A stretch of DNA of 19,913 bases from Candidatus Bilamarchaeaceae archaeon. GTDB lineage: Archaea; Micrarchaeota; Micrarchaeia; Anstonellales; Bilamarchaeaceae. Shown piece after piece: positions 17,320 through 19,913 of this stretch. Position numbers and translations under genes: made by a program. The first letter of the stretch is position 1, and every line of letters starts with the position of its first letter. Under the pieces are notes generated by a model. The model did no database searches. It saw nothing but the letters and a program-made list of their open reading frames with translations, and was not told where the DNA came from. The DNA is taken from positions 1 through 19,913 of the forward strand of contig JAWCKZ010000012.1 of NCBI GenBank assembly GCA_038851325.1, read 5' to 3'.

Positions 17320-18027
17320 TCAGTCCGGAAATATCTTCTTCATTTTCAGTTCCTTGTTTAGTTTTTCGTAATCAACGACCCTGCCGATGTCATACCAAAC
17401 TTCATTCTCGAAGATGTAGGCGTTTATCTTCTCCCCAGCCTTTAACATTCTCGGAAAAACGTCCCTTGCGAAATCTTCTTTTTCTTTAATGTACTTGAAT
17501 ATCTCAGGCTCAAAAATATAGATCGCGACGTTATAAAGATTTTCTATAAGCGGTTTTTCCTTGAACTCAACAATGTATCCATTCTTTACTTCAGCGACAC
17601 CGTACTCTATTGGTATCTTACCCTTTAGAAGCGCTATAGTTGCGATGCATTCTCTCTTTCTGTGATGTTCTATCATTTCCCTTAGATTTATGTTTGTGAT
17701 ATGATCTCCCATGACCACTACAAATGTTTCCCTGACTTTATCTTTGAATGGAAGGATTGAGCCAGCGGTGTTCATTTTTTCCTTCTCAATCGAATATTCT
17801 ATCTTTACACCAAACTTGCTTCCATCTCCAAAATACTCTTCTATTTTTTCATGAAGGTATCCAGCAGTTATGATGTAATCTGTCAATCCGTTTCTTTTTA
17901 GATTTTTGATTACGTAATAGAGTATTGGTTTTCCTTCTTCTCCTATCGGAAGCATGGGTTTAGGCATTGTATACGTGTATGGTCGAAGTCTTGTTCCTTC
18001 ACCGCCCGCAAGTATGAATGTTTTCAC
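17320..18027 (-). CDS. Sugar-phosphate nucleotidyltransferase (NTP_transferase family)
   Basis: ILAGGEGTRLRPYTxxxPKPMLPI, FGDGSKFGVKIEY, FKEKP, WYDIG. Confidence 0.92.
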   Translation of the reverse strand: MKTFILAGGEGTRLRPYTYTMPKPMLPIGEEGKPILYYVIKNLKRNGLTDYIITAGYLHEKIEEYFGDGSKFGVKIEYSIEKEKMNTAGSILPFKDKVRETFVVVMGDHITNINLREMIEHHRKRECIATIALLKGKIPIEYGVAEVKNGYIVEFKEKPLIENLYNVAIYIFEPEIFKYIKEKEDFARDVFPRMLKAGEKINAYIFENEVWYDIGRVVDYEKLNKELKMKKIFPD

Positions 18028-18036
18028 ATTTTCACC

Positions 18037-18648
18037 TTATATAAGAATACCTAATACTCCTCCTGCAATTGAGCATATAAAGTTTGTTGTTCCCTTTGTT
18101 CCTATTCCCCTCTCCTCAAAAACGCCGAAAAGAGTGTCTATAAAAGAGCCACAGAGACCGGCGAGCCCTATGAGAAACGCCTTGTTTGGTTGAATACCAA
18201 AAACAAAAATAGAGGATGCTCCGATCAGCATTGCGCCAACAGCGCTTGCCACGGTTCCGATCGCACTTACAGCTCCGCTTGTGCCAGGCTTTGTCGGCTT
18301 AAGATTGCCAAGGAATATCGGTCTACTTTTTCCGAGGACACCTATTTCTGAACCGAACGTGTCTGAGGTTATCGCGGCTACAGACGATAGGAATGGCAAA
18401 GGACCAAACCATGGCGAGAGTACAGCGAACGCCATAGGACCAAGTCCATTTGAAAGTACATTTTCTGCTCCGCGTTCATGTTCATAAAGGCCCATTTCCC
18501 TCTTTATTTCATTTTCGTATCTAGTTACGATTATGCCAAGAAACAGGAATAAAAGCATAAAAAAGAGATAGTTCCAGCCGCCTGTTAGGACTATTACAAC
18601 ACCTATCACGATAGCAGATATCGTTCCTTCTTTGTCTAATATTTTCAT
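18037..18648 (-). CDS. DUF92 (TMEM19/VTE6-like) membrane protein
   Basis: RGAENVLSNG, SDTFGSEIG, PGTSGAVSAIGT, GSFIDTLFG and TNF motifs. Confidence 0.88.
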   Translation of the reverse strand: MKILDKEGTISAIVIGVVIVLTGGWNYLFFMLLFLFLGIIVTRYENEIKREMGLYEHERGAENVLSNGLGPMAFAVLSPWFGPLPFLSSVAAITSDTFGSEIGVLGKSRPIFLGNLKPTKPGTSGAVSAIGTVASAVGAMLIGASSIFVFGIQPNKAFLIGLAGLCGSFIDTLFGVFEERGIGTKGTTNFICSIAGGVLGILI

Positions 18649-18718
18649 AACTATCTTGTTTAACCAACGCGTGCGTGTGCTGAGCCCGCTTTATTCAAAA
18701 TAAAAAAGAAAGAGAGAA

Positions 18719-19015
18719 TCACTCTTTTGAGAGTGTTATCTCGATAGCAGAAACCTTGCTCTTTGAGCCATCCTCAGAGGTCAACTCCTCTGTTGCTATG
18801 CTGATGTCCTTTACCTTTGCATCAGGCATAAACCTATTTCTCACGATTTCCGCCACGTCCACTGCTCTGGAGATAAGTTTTCCCCTTGCCTTTATCGATA
18901 CTTCTTTTGCGCCATTGTTAAACTGTGTAACAACGGCAAGGACATACCCCATAGCTCCTTTTTTGCCTATATACACAACGTTGTCATCTTTTTTTTCTGT
19001 TGTTTCTCCTTCCAT
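18719..19015 (-). CDS. albA: DNA/RNA-binding chromatin protein Alba
   Basis: VYIGKKxxMx[27 protein letters not shown], VSAIEIxL; GAGGTGA RBS. Confidence 0.97.
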   Translation of the reverse strand: MEGETTEKKDDNVVYIGKKGAMGYVLAVVTQFNNGAKEVSIKARGKLISRAVDVAEIVRNRFMPDAKVKDISIATEELTSEDGSKSKVSAIEITLSKE

Positions 19016-19092
19016 GTGTTCTTCACCTCTCGTGTTTAATTAAGTATTGCTGTTGGTGCTAGTCTTCAAGATAAGCTTAATGCACCAAGAAG

Positions 19093-19104
19093 AGATTTAA
19101 ATCT
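19093..19104. promoter_or_regulatory. Palindromic TATA-like element, a candidate bidirectional promoter for alba (-) and the putative ncRNA (+)
   Basis: AGATTTAAATCT with purine-rich BRE-like flanks on both strands (CGAAA on minus, AAGAAG on plus). Confidence 0.45.
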
Positions 19105-19111
19105 TTCGTCT

Positions 19112-19460
19112 CCATCTTTTCCGTATACCATTTGGTATACTGATGGGCAAACCAAGTAAAACTAGGTGGTCGGAGGAAAACACGAAATGGTTCTGATTTA
19201 TGGAGACCATGAGTGTTCTAAAGGCCTAGATATAGGCGCCATCTGTTTAAGGGCTTGCTGCCTCTGCGTTTGTTCCAAAAAACCGCATGCTAGTACAGGG
19301 GAAAACGAACCAAGGCAACCCTAGACGTAACGGCATCCGGTTTATAACCAAACGCATGCAGAAGTACCTTGCCTAAGCTTGTGCACTTAACTGTTGGAAC
19401 AGGCTAACCGCGAGGGATTGCTTGGTTATCAGTTACGTGTATAAGTCAGGTTGCTTGGGC
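19112..19460 (+). ncRNA. Unassigned highly structured RNA candidate (~350 nt)
   Basis: No ORF in the supplied track. At least five consecutive stem-loops, several containing G-U pairs that form only on the + strand. Confidence 0.5.
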
Positions 19461-19476
19461 CCTTTATAATGTGTTT

Positions 19477-19913
19477 TTACTGTCTTCTTAAGTTTCTTTC
19501 TGTTTTCTTTGTTTTCTAAATGTTTTCTATGTGCCGTGGACTTATGTTTTTCTCAGGCCACGGCGGTCGTGGAGGTTTTCTTACTGTCTTCTTAAGTTTC
19601 TTTCTGTTTTCTCTGTTTTCCTAAGTTTTCAAGGTGCCGCAGGCTTGCTGTTTCTCTCAGGCTGCGGCAGTCGTGGAGGTTTTCTTACTGTTTTCTTAAG
19701 TTTCTTTCTGTTTTCTCTGTTTTCTAAATGTTTTCTATGTGCCGTGGACTTATGTTTTTCTCAGGCCACGGCAGTCGTGGGAGGTTTTCTTACTGTCTTC
19801 TTAAGTTTCTTTCTGTTTTCTCTGTTTTCTAAATGTTTTCTATGTGCCGTGGACTTATGTTTTTCTCAGGCCACGGCGGTCGTGGGAGGTTTTCTTACTG
19901 TCTTCTTAAGTTT
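19477..19913 (+). repeat. Tandem array of 104-105-bp non-coding units (4 full copies plus a partial; truncated by the window end)
   Basis: Units start at 19477, 19581, 19685, 19790 and 19895; each is a T-rich GTTTTCT tract plus a GCCGTGG...CCACGGC hairpin. Confidence 0.97.

Noticed and set aside
19112..19460. RNase P RNA, SRP RNA or group I intron
   Set aside because: GAGGAAA, CAGGCTAACC and AGATATAGG fragments occur, but the P4 partner (ACAGAA...GGCUUA), the SRP helix-8 motif (CAGG-GGAA-AGCA) and a P7 pairing are not found.
19477..19913. CRISPR array
   Set aside because: Whole units repeat with no unique spacers, the period of 104-105 bp is too long, and there are no cas genes in the window.
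19477..19913. Canonical archaeal oriC with ORB elements
   Set aside because: No TTCCAGTGGAAAC/G-string ORB consensus and no orc1/cdc6 gene is visible; a non-canonical origin cannot be excluded.

Overview
Archaeal chromosomal window. A DPANN/Micrarchaeota-like origin is inferred from gene content, GGTGA ribosome-binding sites and TATA promoters. Most of it is housekeeping: an MtaB-type tRNA methylthiotransferase, Cgi121, rps8e, metG, the rpl18e-rpl13-rps9-rpoN-tRNA-Pro-rps2 cluster, class II HMG-CoA reductase, a GlcNAc-1-P transferase, a sugar-phosphate nucleotidyltransferase, DUF92 and Alba. The unusual parts are mainly non-coding or repetitive. (1) Tandem ankyrin-repeat paralogs share an identical 3' end and vary at DARPin-like positions. 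(2) A perfect 69-bp x2.5 structured repeat sits in the leader of the ribosomal operon. (3) tRNA-Pro(GGG) carries a 38-nt intron in the T-loop. (4) A thioredoxin-CcdA fusion is broken. (5) Divergent from alba, an ORF-free ~350-nt highly base-paired RNA candidate (19112-19460) is followed directly by an array of 104-105-bp units that runs off the window. Each unit has helically phased GTTTTCT boxes and a GC hairpin showing compensatory substitutions.
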